Source: Balamuthia mandrillaris (Eukaryota). From it: a stretch of 64,000 nt of DNA. Below the pieces are notes generated by a model. The model made no database searches. It worked only from the letters and a program-made list of their open reading frames with translations, and had not been told where the DNA came from. Made by a program: the position numbers and the translations under genes. Where the stretch lies: positions 186,001 to 250,000 of the forward strand of contig JAVKOQ020000041.1 of the NCBI GenBank assembly GCA_031835245.2, given 5' to 3'. Below are positions 19,180 through 28,900 of the stretch, piece after piece; the first letter of the stretch is position 1, and the number at the start of each line of letters is the position of its first letter.

Positions 19180-21003
19180 TTATCTCCGTCGTCTCGCCCG
19201 TTTGTTCTCTTTCTTCTCTCCCGATTCGTTTTTGTTGTTCTTGTTCGAGGATGAAGTTTCTTTGGCTTCGCCTTCGTTGGAGGAGGAGGAGGAGGCTGAC
19301 TTCTTGGAGGAAGCGCGCCGCCGTCTCTTTCGCTTGGGTTGCGGTTTGATGAACGCCAGCCCAGAGCCCAAAGAGGAGGCACCGGGAGTGAAAAAGTACT
19401 CCGAGGCTTGTTCGGCAGCGGAAGGAGGACAAGGAGGGGGGGTAGAAATGCAGGAAAGTGAAGGAGGGGCAGAAGGAGAAACGGCGATGACAAGCGCAGA
19501 AGAAGGAGAGGCAGAAACGGGAGTAGGAAGAGAAGAGGACGCAGAAGGGATGAGGTTGGCGGGAACAGGAAGAGTAGTGGGAGGAGCCAAGGAGCTCTGA
19601 AGCTTGCGAACGAGGGCGGGAAACTCCTCCCCGCTAGCAGATGAGAAGAAAGGAGACTCGCAGCCGGCGCGCTCATCGTAATGCTGTTGGTAAGGCTGTT
19701 CCATCACAGGTGCTTCGGGATGATGATGCGAAGCAGGAGAGTAATGGTATGTGCTGGTGCTTCCTGGAACAGGAGAAGAAGAAGGTGTGTGACTTATGTG
19801 CATGTTGTTGGTGCTGTTGTGATGGTGAAGGTTGGCTTCTTCAGGACCAGAGTAGAAGTTCAACGGCTGCCAGCCATCATCCGACTCGGAGCCAAATCCA
19901 TAATAACCCCAGGAAGAGGAAAAGGAAGAAGAGCAAGACGAGGACTGCGGTGGAGAGGAGTAGGCGACTCTCTCTGCCTCAGAGACTGTAGAGCAGGCAG
20001 ATGCAGCAGTTCCGACGCCAATGTCCTCCATTGAGACTGAGAGCGGAGAGGACATTCTCTCTCCGCAGTAGTGCGCTCTTCCGCCAGAAGAGGAGGAGTG
20101 TATGCCGTTGTAGTCCATCATAGACAGCATGCTCATGGCACGAGGATCAGCAACGTAACCTTTGGTCGGCACAAAGGCAGCCATCGGCATTTGCGAAGGA
20201 GGAATGTTGTGTTGTTGAAGGGCTTGAATGTGACAGTGTTGTGAATGTTGTTGCTGATGGCAGACCTCACGCTGACTAAGACTGATGTCCAAGTCAGTGT
20301 TGGCGGCGTTGGGATCCAATCTGGAGGAGGTTGTTTGATCCAAGAACTCCTGGCGAGGGTGGTTGCTGATGGTAGAGGTGGTGGTGTGTTGTTGCTCTTG
20401 TTGTTGCTGGTGAACGTTGTTGTTCTTGCTGTTGGCTTTTTGGATGAGGGCAAGCCATTGGTTGGCCGACATGGAGGCCCTGCGGGCGTCGGTCAATGGG
20501 AGTTCATCGCCTTCAGCTTCGTTAGAAGAAACCAGGACGCGGGGAATCAAGTCTTCGAACAACGCGTTGAAGTCACCGCTTGGTCGTGGAGCGTTGCCGA
20601 CTGCACCAGCGTCGGAGCCTCCGTTGGCGCTCTCCTCCGCCAGGAAGGAGCTAAAGTCGAACCATGGCTCCGAGTCCTCGCCGACGGAGAAGTAGGCGGC
20701 GGAATTCCTGTCGACAAGGTCGCTCTGCTCGCGTTGCGCGGCCGCCGCCAAGAAGCTGGCTGGAATGGTGAAGCTCGTGCCTCGTACGCGGCTGCCACGA
20801 CGGCTGAGGTTGCGCGCCTGCTGAAATAAGAGCTCCTCATCGTCCTCCGCCTCAAAGTGCGCCCCACAGGAGAAGAGGTGGTCGTACTCCGCCGCGGCGG
20901 CAAGGGCCTTGTTGTAGCTGCTCTCCCTGAGGTGGTGCTTGCTGCTGCTTTGCTTGCCTTGGCCCACTAGGTCGTAAGGGTCACCCGTACAAGCTCTGTC
21001 CAT
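19180..21003 (-). CDS. Intronless Ser/Gln-rich disordered protein with a basic C-terminal NLS-like patch
   Basis: ATG at 21003 (MDRACTGD) within a long ORF. Motif GSGLAFIKPQPKRKRRRR. Confidence 0.6.
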   Translation of the reverse strand: MDRACTGDPYDLVGQGKQSSSKHHLRESSYNKALAAAAEYDHLFSCGAHFEAEDDEELLFQQARNLSRRGSRVRGTSFTIPASFLAAAAQREQSDLVDRNSAAYFSVGEDSEPWFDFSSFLAEESANGGSDAGAVGNAPRPSGDFNALFEDLIPRVLVSSNEAEGDELPLTDARRASMSANQWLALIQKANSKNNNVHQQQQEQQHTTTSTISNHPRQEFLDQTTSSRLDPNAANTDLDISLSQREVCHQQQHSQHCHIQALQQHNIPPSQMPMAAFVPTKGYVADPRAMSMLSMMDYNGIHSSSSGGRAHYCGERMSSPLSVSMEDIGVGTAASACSTVSEAERVAYSSPPQSSSCSSSFSSSWGYYGFGSESDDGWQPLNFYSGPEEANLHHHNSTNNMHISHTPSSSPVPGSTSTYHYSPASHHHPEAPVMEQPYQQHYDERAGCESPFFSSASGEEFPALVRKLQSSLAPPTTLPVPANLIPSASSSLPTPVSASPSSALVIAVSPSAPPSLSCISTPPPCPPSAAEQASEYFFTPGASSLGSGLAFIKPQPKRKRRRRASSKKSASSSSSNEGEAKETSSSNKNNKNESGEKKENKRARRRR

Positions 21004-22277
21004 TGTTTGCAATTTTTTTTTTTGATCGTTGGAAGTTGGAGTTGGAAGAAAGAAAAATGTGTGTGCTGTGTTGAAGTTTGTTTTGTATGCAAAAAGCAGG
21101 AGGACAGCAGAAGCTACAAAACTTTGTAGAGGAGAGTAGCAGGGTCGGTTGTAAGTTTTTTTTTTGTCTCCTGTGCAGATGACGAGAGAGCGGAGTGGGG
21201 TGTTCTTGCCAAAGTTAAACAAAAATAAAAAAGAAGACGAACAGAAAAAAAACAATAGTTGGGCTTCTTTTCTTTTTGTATTCGTATGCCGTTCGTTCGT
21301 TCGTGTCTGTCAAACAAGCAAAACGGGGGGTTGACGGGGTGTAGATGCAACAGAGAGTTGCTACAACTGTGGAAGGAGTGCTTCAACTCACCAAAAAAAA
21401 AAAAAAAAAAACGAACACAAAAAAAAATTGCTCCTAATGGCAAAAAAACAAAAAATATAAAGAGAGAGAGGGAAGAGGTGTCCTTGCAAAAGTGGGAAAA
21501 CTCTCCGCGTTTGACAGGTTGTAGGCAGAGGGGAATTTTTTGTTTTTTTTTTGGTGGTTAGCTCTGGTTGATATGTTGACAGCTCGGACGTAACCGCTAC
21601 GCCTTCGCCAAGCGATGGGGAGGGGTGAGTTTGTGTGTGTGCCGCTTAATTTTTTTTTTTTTTTTGGGGGGGGTTGGCTTTGCTGGTCGTTGTAAACGGC
21701 AACAGGCAACGTGCAGAAAAAAAAAATGACAAACCTCACGCTCTTTTTTTTCGTGGGGAGGAGCACAACACAGCTCTTGCATCAAGGGAAAAATTGTACA
21801 ACATTCCTACTTTATTCCGGTTGGAGGGTTCAGGCGTATCTGCTCCCTTCCTGTCCCCTTCGGTTTAATTTTTTAACTTCGCTGTTCTTTGAGCATCGGC
21901 TGACTTCTCCTTTACTTCGATGAAAAATTACATTCCATTTAAGGATATTAATCCCCAAGACAACCAGTCACCAAGCAGTTTTTTTTCAACTGAAACGCTT
22001 AAGTTTGACATCTGTGATTTTATCAAAAATGGTTAGGAATCGATTTTTGCGACCTGAAGCCTCTCCTTTCGGTGAAGTCAGCAGTGTATTTGGTATCACT
22101 GCAGAATTTTTCCTCTAAAAATCGGTGCGGCAGGACCTGGCACTAACCCAAATATGGGTTTTTTGGCTCTTTTGCCATTACATTGGCATTTGTTGTAGAC
22201 AAAGCCACGAAAAAAAAAACTCTAAAAAACGATAAAAAGGGGGAAAAGAAGAAAGGGAAGACACGACGCGATCGACG

Positions 22278-22763
22278 ATGGAAGAAGAACAACAACGACA
22301 ACAAAGACAAGGAGCGGGGGTGTTTGTCGCTGAGGAAGACATAAGCTATTTTGTGTTTAGCTGCCTATGGCAGGAGATTTGTAAGAACCTGACTCAAGAG
22401 CCACGAAAGCTTCCAGTTGTTGTTGCAGTAGTGGTACCTCCGCCCTTTCATGCTTTTGTTTGGGGAACAACTGAGTCCGTGCACTACAAGACGGAGGAAC
22501 AGTTTCAGGCTTCACCGTTCCCATTAAACATGAGGAGAAAAAACTTCACGGATGGCGGCTATGCAGAGCTCACGCCCGAAGTAACGGTGTCCTACGATTT
22601 CAAGAGGCTCAGGACAAAAATCAGCCTTCGTTACCAAGTTTTCAATGCGCATGGCACACTGCAGTGGCCACATGAGTTTAATGAACAGGTATGCTTGCTT
22701 TTATTGCTCTCTTATATATCTCTGAAGGTCGGGAAAATGCTCAAGATTTCTCTCTGCCCATGA
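22278..22763 (+). CDS. Hypothetical protein convergent with the transposase
   Basis: 161-aa ATG ORF of globular-looking composition. Its 3' end overlaps the transposase 3' end; possible splice donor near 22688. Confidence 0.55.
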   Translation: MEEEQQRQQRQGAGVFVAEEDISYFVFSCLWQEICKNLTQEPRKLPVVVAVVVPPPFHAFVWGTTESVHYKTEEQFQASPFPLNMRRKNFTDGGYAELTPEVTVSYDFKRLRTKISLRYQVFNAHGTLQWPHEFNEQVCLLLLLSYISLKVGKMLKISLCP

Positions 22764-24961
22764 CCTTTCACCTCTTTGTGTAGCACCTTGAACTTTTGCT
22801 ACAACGGGAGAGGCAGCGGCAGCGGCAGCTTCAGCACAAAGCGCTTGCCTTTCAAGGAGCTGCTGTGGAAGAGAACAATCACCGGAATTGATTCCCGCGA
22901 AGCCTTGTGTTGACTGCGTCATCATCCGCTTGAGATCGGCGTGCGTGGTTTCAATGCCAAAGTTGCTGAACTTTTCGACCGAGCCTTCTCGCTCCAGCCA
23001 GTAGCCAAGGTGGTCAACAAACACGTGAATGTATGTAGTAACATCCCTTCCATTCCATGCCTGAATAAAGGCTTGCAAAAACACCTTTGCCTCTTGCTTC
23101 CATTCCTCATCCGTGATGCTCAGCTTTTCCTGCATTGCTAAACAGGCTGTTTGATGGAAAGCTGCCCAAACCTGACGAACTCGTGGAAGTGTTGTTCGAA
23201 TTGGTGCTCTTCTAGGCATGCCTTCCTCAAGGTCTGCTAAAATGAACGTGTGATTTTCAAGGATGATTAAATGTTCACGTCTGTTGAGCCTGCTGTCTTT
23301 AATCCTCTTCTTGAAACCAACTCCAGAAGCTGCTGGAATAAGGTAAATCCCAATTCCAGCCATTCGTTCAACAAAAAGTTGTTGTAACCTTGGTCGTTCT
23401 GCTGCGAGCTCAATTGTCTTATTGATGAGTTTGCGAACTACGCCCATTAATAGGTGAAGAAGATCTGGAATAACTTGCATTGGATTTAAAAACAACACAG
23501 GTTCAAGCACCTTTTAGCAAACAAGACCACCAACAAAAGTCAGAAGAGCAAATAGAAACAAAAAACAACACAAACCTGTCCATGATGATCTGTCGCTTTT
23601 GATCTCCTTGTTGCCTCTTCCCAGTTGATAACTGCTTTCCAATCATTTTTGACATCCTCTAAGGTACGAAAGCGAGTTTCTTCTGCTGAGAGTTCACCTT
23701 GTGCTAACTGCCGCTTTGTGACATTGCACCAAAAACAGCGACAGGTAGAGTTGCTGCGATAGAATTGATACATGCCACTAAAAACAGCCAAGGCCTTCAA
23801 GTCAACCACAATGTATGGCCACAGGTGCACCAATTCACCAGAAGAAGAAGTAAGTAGCACACCCTTTTCTATCCAGTCGTTGAGCACTGCTCGTTGATCA
23901 CCAAGTTCTCTGATTAATGTTTCTCCATCTTCGTTTCCTAAATACAACAGCCAAGGATGACAGTTGTGTGACGATTTGAGCGCCTTCAATGTGGATTTCT
24001 TGCTTATGAACTCCATCGTCCCAACTTCCATTTGTAGACGAGTTTTTTTGGCTGCTGTAGATCCATCAAAGGCAAGCTTTAAAACAGGTCGATCTGCTGC
24101 TTGAAGTTTAGAAGATGAAAAGAGTTGCTGTACAAACTCTTTCGGCTGGTACATACTTCCTTTTCCACCTTTTGTTGCAACCAATTCCTTCTTGTTTAAC
24201 AACTCACATTGCTTCTTTCAAACTTGATGTAGGCTTGCTTGTTTTGATAGCTTGAAAATATGAACAACCAACTCCCAACAACGATCTGGTATATGCAACA
24301 CATTCTTCAACCAGACAAGGTCTGTCACACAAGGTTGATAAGTAGATGTAGAGAGGTTTGCTTGTAGCCATCCTTCAATCACTGGAGAAGAGTGAATAAT
24401 GGCAGCCACTCCTAATACTACATCAACTTGGAGTGCTCCTTCCACTGCTGCTTTTGCTACAGCTACTCGCACGTTTCCTTCAACATCCCAAGTCACCTTC
24501 GTTTCAATCGCCTCCATGATGTCTTGCTTAGCTTCTTCTATTTCTTCTTCGCGTTGCTTCTTCACTTCTTCCTTTGCCTGCTCTTGCTTTTCCTTCTCTT
24601 TTCCCTTTTCATCCTGGCGGGTGGCTATCTCCTTACAACGGGCACAGGAATCAGGTGAGCAGGTATGTTGAACTGTTGCTTCATGCTCTCTTCTTGACTC
24701 TTCTGATTTGTAACGTTTGCCACAAACAGAGTGACGGCACTCGAACCTCAGGTCGTTTGGGTTCTTCTTTCCAAGTCGATGGTTTTCCCATCGCTTGCAG
24801 GTTGTGCAATTAGTTGCATTACACGTATGCCCTCCTCCTCCCTTGCGCCTTTCATGTCGATTGAGGGTGGAGGTATCCTGTGCAACAAACCGTTGTGGTG
24901 AACAGTAGAGGTGCTCACAAACATAAGGCGGTTGGCGTTTGACTCTTTTTGCACGTGGCAT
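22701..24961 (-). pseudogene. RAG1/Transib-like DDE transposase (~730 codons) with one in-frame TGA and one intron
   Basis: Motifs in order: LKLAFDGS, YIVVDLKAL, CRCFWC, PDLLHLLMG, TTYIHVFVDH, FSNFGIETTH. Two N-terminal Cys/His modules. Intron 23575-23511. TGA at 24218-24220 is in frame between the two ORFs. Confidence 0.8.
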
Positions 24962-25923
24962 GTTTGTGTTGTTTTGTTTTTTGTTTTTTTTTTGTTTATC
25001 GCTGTAAATAAAAGTTAACTTAACCTTTATTTCTTGGAAAAATGAAGTTGGTGCCAGATCCTAAAAATAATGTACTAAAATTATTTCACCCAATTTTCCC
25101 TGTTTTTCACTATCAAATCGTCGACAAAAATACATTCTTGTCGACCAGGAACTGGCACTCTTGCAGTGAGAAGCAATTTTGACGATCATGACGGTGTAAT
25201 CGTAGTGGGAAAATTTGTATTCCTATCTGCAAAAAGGGCGAGTGCAGCCTGAATAAGGCATTACTGCAGGAAATTGGGCCGAAAGCTAGAGGAGAAAGCA
25301 GAAATTCTTGGGAATTCACGTTGAGTTCAACAGCTGTTCCTGCAAAGCGTGACGTAGATGTCAAAAGTCTATGTTCCGTTCAGCCCTTTCACCAAACAAT
25401 TCTCCTCAGAAGGGCTCGGAAGCGACACGAAAGACATATATTCCTTTGTACCCGAAATCTTCCTTTTTCCAAACGGAACTCTGGTGTGGACCAGATCAGA
25501 GAATAACGCGGAGGGCAACCAATCCATGTGTGTTCCCCTGATTGAGGATCCCCAATAATCTTTCGGACGCGTGTTGCTTACCAAAAACCCAGGGAAATTT
25601 TATCTATACAAAACAAAATTCCCAAAAAAACAAAAATGCACAGAAAAACAGAAACGGCTGGTTGACACGTAAGCAATTCTATTATGTTTCTAAGCATAAA
25701 AAATCAAAAACAAAAACAGGTGAGATATCTTTCGTCGACAGTTATTCTGCCACGTCAGATTGTCGACGCAGCACCCAGAAGTCGACGAAAAAACACAGAA
25801 AAAGAAAGGACCATCGGGCCATCGCAAAAGTGAGAGAAGAGTTCTTCTTGTTGGTTCACACGCTTGCACGTCGAGCGCTCTTTTTTTTTTGGTCAGTGGA
25901 CTCTCATTCGGTCAGGAGGACCA

Positions 25924-28900
25924 ATGTCCAGTGGTGGCGGAGGCGGAGATCTTCCTCATGTGGAGCCATCGAGTGAAAGCATTTACTATCGAATCTGGCG
26001 CAGTATTAGCTATCCTGTGGTTCGTGCTTCCACCTCTCTAACAGCCACCACCACTACTGCCGCTTCCACAGCCACTTTGTCAGATGGCATATCGCCCTCC
26101 TCCTCCTCCTCTTCTTTCACTTCCACCATAGAAAGCCATGACAGAGAAGACGAGGAGGAGGCAGAAGTAGAAGCAGACGAATATTTTGGGCAGAGAGGCG
26201 AACAAAGCAGAGAGAGAGGAGAAGAACCTGTTGAGGCCTCGAGCAAAGAGAGAGGCGGCATTCGTCCCTCCTCTTCCTCCTTCTCTCGTGCCGCCGTGGA
26301 CCGCCTCCTCCACCAAAACAGGGAGAAGGAAGTGGAGACGTTGGAGAGGAACAGCATCCACCACAGCAAGGACGACGCCAGAATAGAGAACCACAACAAC
26401 AACGAGAAGGAGAAGGATAAGAAGAAGACAAAACAACAACAACAACAACAACAACAGAAACATCAACAGAAGAGGAAGAAGAAGCATAAGAAAGTTCGAA
26501 TAGCAGAAGACGAAGACGAAGACGAAGACGAAGAGAAAGAGAAAAAGGAAGAAAAGAAGAAACAGGAGGAAGAACTTGTTTTCGTTTCTGTTCCAGCCGC
26601 TCCTTCCACCGAGTCTGGTGCGGCTTCCTTCAACGACTCCTTTCGACAGCAGAGAGACCTGCCGATAGTGACTGTGCCCGCGAAGAAAGCGGCCAGCGAG
26701 GTGCAGGGCGCTCTTAAAGTGCACGTCAAGACACTTTCCTTCGACGATGTTGCTCTCCTGCTCAACACGCAGACGCTCTACGAAAGAACGTTTGTGGAGA
26801 CGATAGCACAGGTCATACATACGATGCGTAACGCTACTGTCTCTTCTTCTTCTTCTTCTGCATCAACATTATCTCCTACTGCTTCTGCTTCAACAGGACA
26901 AACTGCACCTATTCCTATCGCCACCCCATCTTCTCCAAACTCTTCAGATGGCACGTCGCTGCTTTCACCTCCCCATTTCATAGTTTCTCCTCCACTCTCC
27001 CCTATTATGTCGCGCGAGGCTCCACCTGCACCATCAACTTCTTCTTCTGTGTTTATTCTTCTTCCTTCCTCTCCACCTCCTCCCTCACCTTCACTTGCAT
27101 CTTCTACCTTCTTGCCACAACGAAGCAAAGTGCCGATGCCGCTGGTTACATCTCTCTCCATTGTGGCAGCACCACCCTACGACTTTAAACTTGCTGTGCT
27201 TCCTGCTGACCTCTTTCTGCTTCGCACGTTGGAATGCCTCATCGTGAAGCACCACGATCTCACTCTCCTCCCTTCTGACCTCTCTCAACTGCGTGCTTTG
27301 ACTCGCCTCGAAGCATCCTACAATGCCATCAAACAAGTTCCCGCTGGTTTAAAAGAGCTCGTTCTCTTGCAACGACTAGATCTCCATTCCAACCAACTTT
27401 ACTCTCTGCCGATGGAAGGCATGGAGGCGTTATCCTCCTCGCTGCGGGTTTTGCGTCTTAGCAAGAACCAACTGACGATGCTGCCAGAGGGACTGTTTGT
27501 GGGAGGGAAGAAGAACCCATTGGAGATCATACGCTGCGAAAAGAATCGGTTGACTGCAGTACCAGCAGGTATTGGCCAATTGCCTGCGTTGCTGGAGCTT
27601 AACCTCAGTCATAATGCTTTGATTCTTCCATTTAGCATTTCTTCTCCGGCTTCTACTTCTTCAATCCCAACTACCTCTTCGAATGCTTCCTCTGAAGTTT
27701 CCTCTCCTCCATCGCTTCCTCTTCCCTCGTTGAATACAACGGCTGCTGCAGTGGCATCACTTCCTACTCTTTCATCATATTCTTCTCTGACCAAAAAACA
27801 GAGTCTCTTTACTTCGCTCAACCTTATCAGCTTAACGAAACTAAACCTTAGCTATAATCGGATTACTGGTCTGCCATACATTGGACGATTGCGATGCCTG
27901 AAAGAGTTCAACGTGTCGCACAACCAACTCACCGCATTACCACCTGGCATGAGCAAATTAACAAGTCTCACGACGTTCGTCTTTCCCCCCCTCTCTGCTC
28001 TCTGCTCTCTGCTCTCTGCTCTCTGCTCTCTGCTCTCTGCTCTCTGCTCTCTGCTCTCTGCTCTCTCCTCCTCTCTCTGCTCTCTCCTCTCTGCTCTCTG
28101 CTCTCTGCTCTCTGCTCTCTGCTCTCTGCTCTCTGCTCTCTGCTGTCTGCTCTCTGCTCTCTGCTCTCTGCTCTCTGCTCTCTGCTCTCTGCTCTCTGCT
28201 GTCTGCTGTCCTCTTTTCGCTCTCTCTCCTCTCCTCTCTTCTCTCTGTTCTCACGCTGAACTTGTGTTCGCTCCAGCTTGAATGCTTCCTACAACAATAT
28301 AGAGATCTTTCCTTATGACTTATACCTGCTTTCTGCCGTTGTCCTAATCGACCTCTCCCACAATCGTATCGCTAAGATCGAAATAGTGGAAGATACTCCT
28401 AATTTTTCGGCCCGACAACAACATTCTGGACCGAGTCCGCTCCAAGACTGCGATACGAACATTCCAGAAATATCTTCTCTTCCCTCTGCAGAAGAGAAAG
28501 CCTCTGACCCCACGTCTTCTCTTTCATCTCGTTCCCCATTTTGGAAGTTTGTAAAACATCGTCGCTTTTCCAATCGTTTACAAACTTTGGATCTTTCCTT
28601 CAACGAGCTGACACGGATACCTTTGGAGTTTGCTTTCTTTCGCTCTTTGGAATACTTGGATTGCTCTTTCAATGCCATCTCTCACATAGCACCGGAAATC
28701 TTTTCCTCTCTTCCTCTTCCTTCACCATCTCTTACTTTACCACAACAAACAGAGAAAACTTACTGTAGCAGCAGCGAGGATGAAGGAGAAGAAGAATCAG
28801 AAGCTTTCAGCCCTTCTTCCTTCTCTACCCCTTCTTCTTTCGTCATCATTTTTCCTTCGTTACTAAAATGGAATTTGGCTCACAACCAACTTAGAATGAT

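Larger units (their letters stand above)
22097..25168. mobile_element. Putative DNA transposon (RAG1/Transib/CMC-like) with CACTGCA termini; boundaries tentative
   Basis: CACTGCA at 22097 and TGCAGTG ending at 25168. Subterminal AGGA(C/T/A)CTGGCAC copies at 22132, 25051 (inverted) and 25147. Encloses a transposase and a convergent ORF. No TSD seen. Confidence 0.5.

Noticed and set aside
22278..22763. True RAG2 orthologue
   Set aside because: Too short, with no Kelch or PHD signature.
25358..25558. 66-aa ORF right of the transposon
   Set aside because: Short and unrecognisable; possibly decayed flanking sequence.
27990..28245. LSALCSL repeats that look like LRR or TM segments
   Set aside because: Intronic heptamer repeat between GT and AG.
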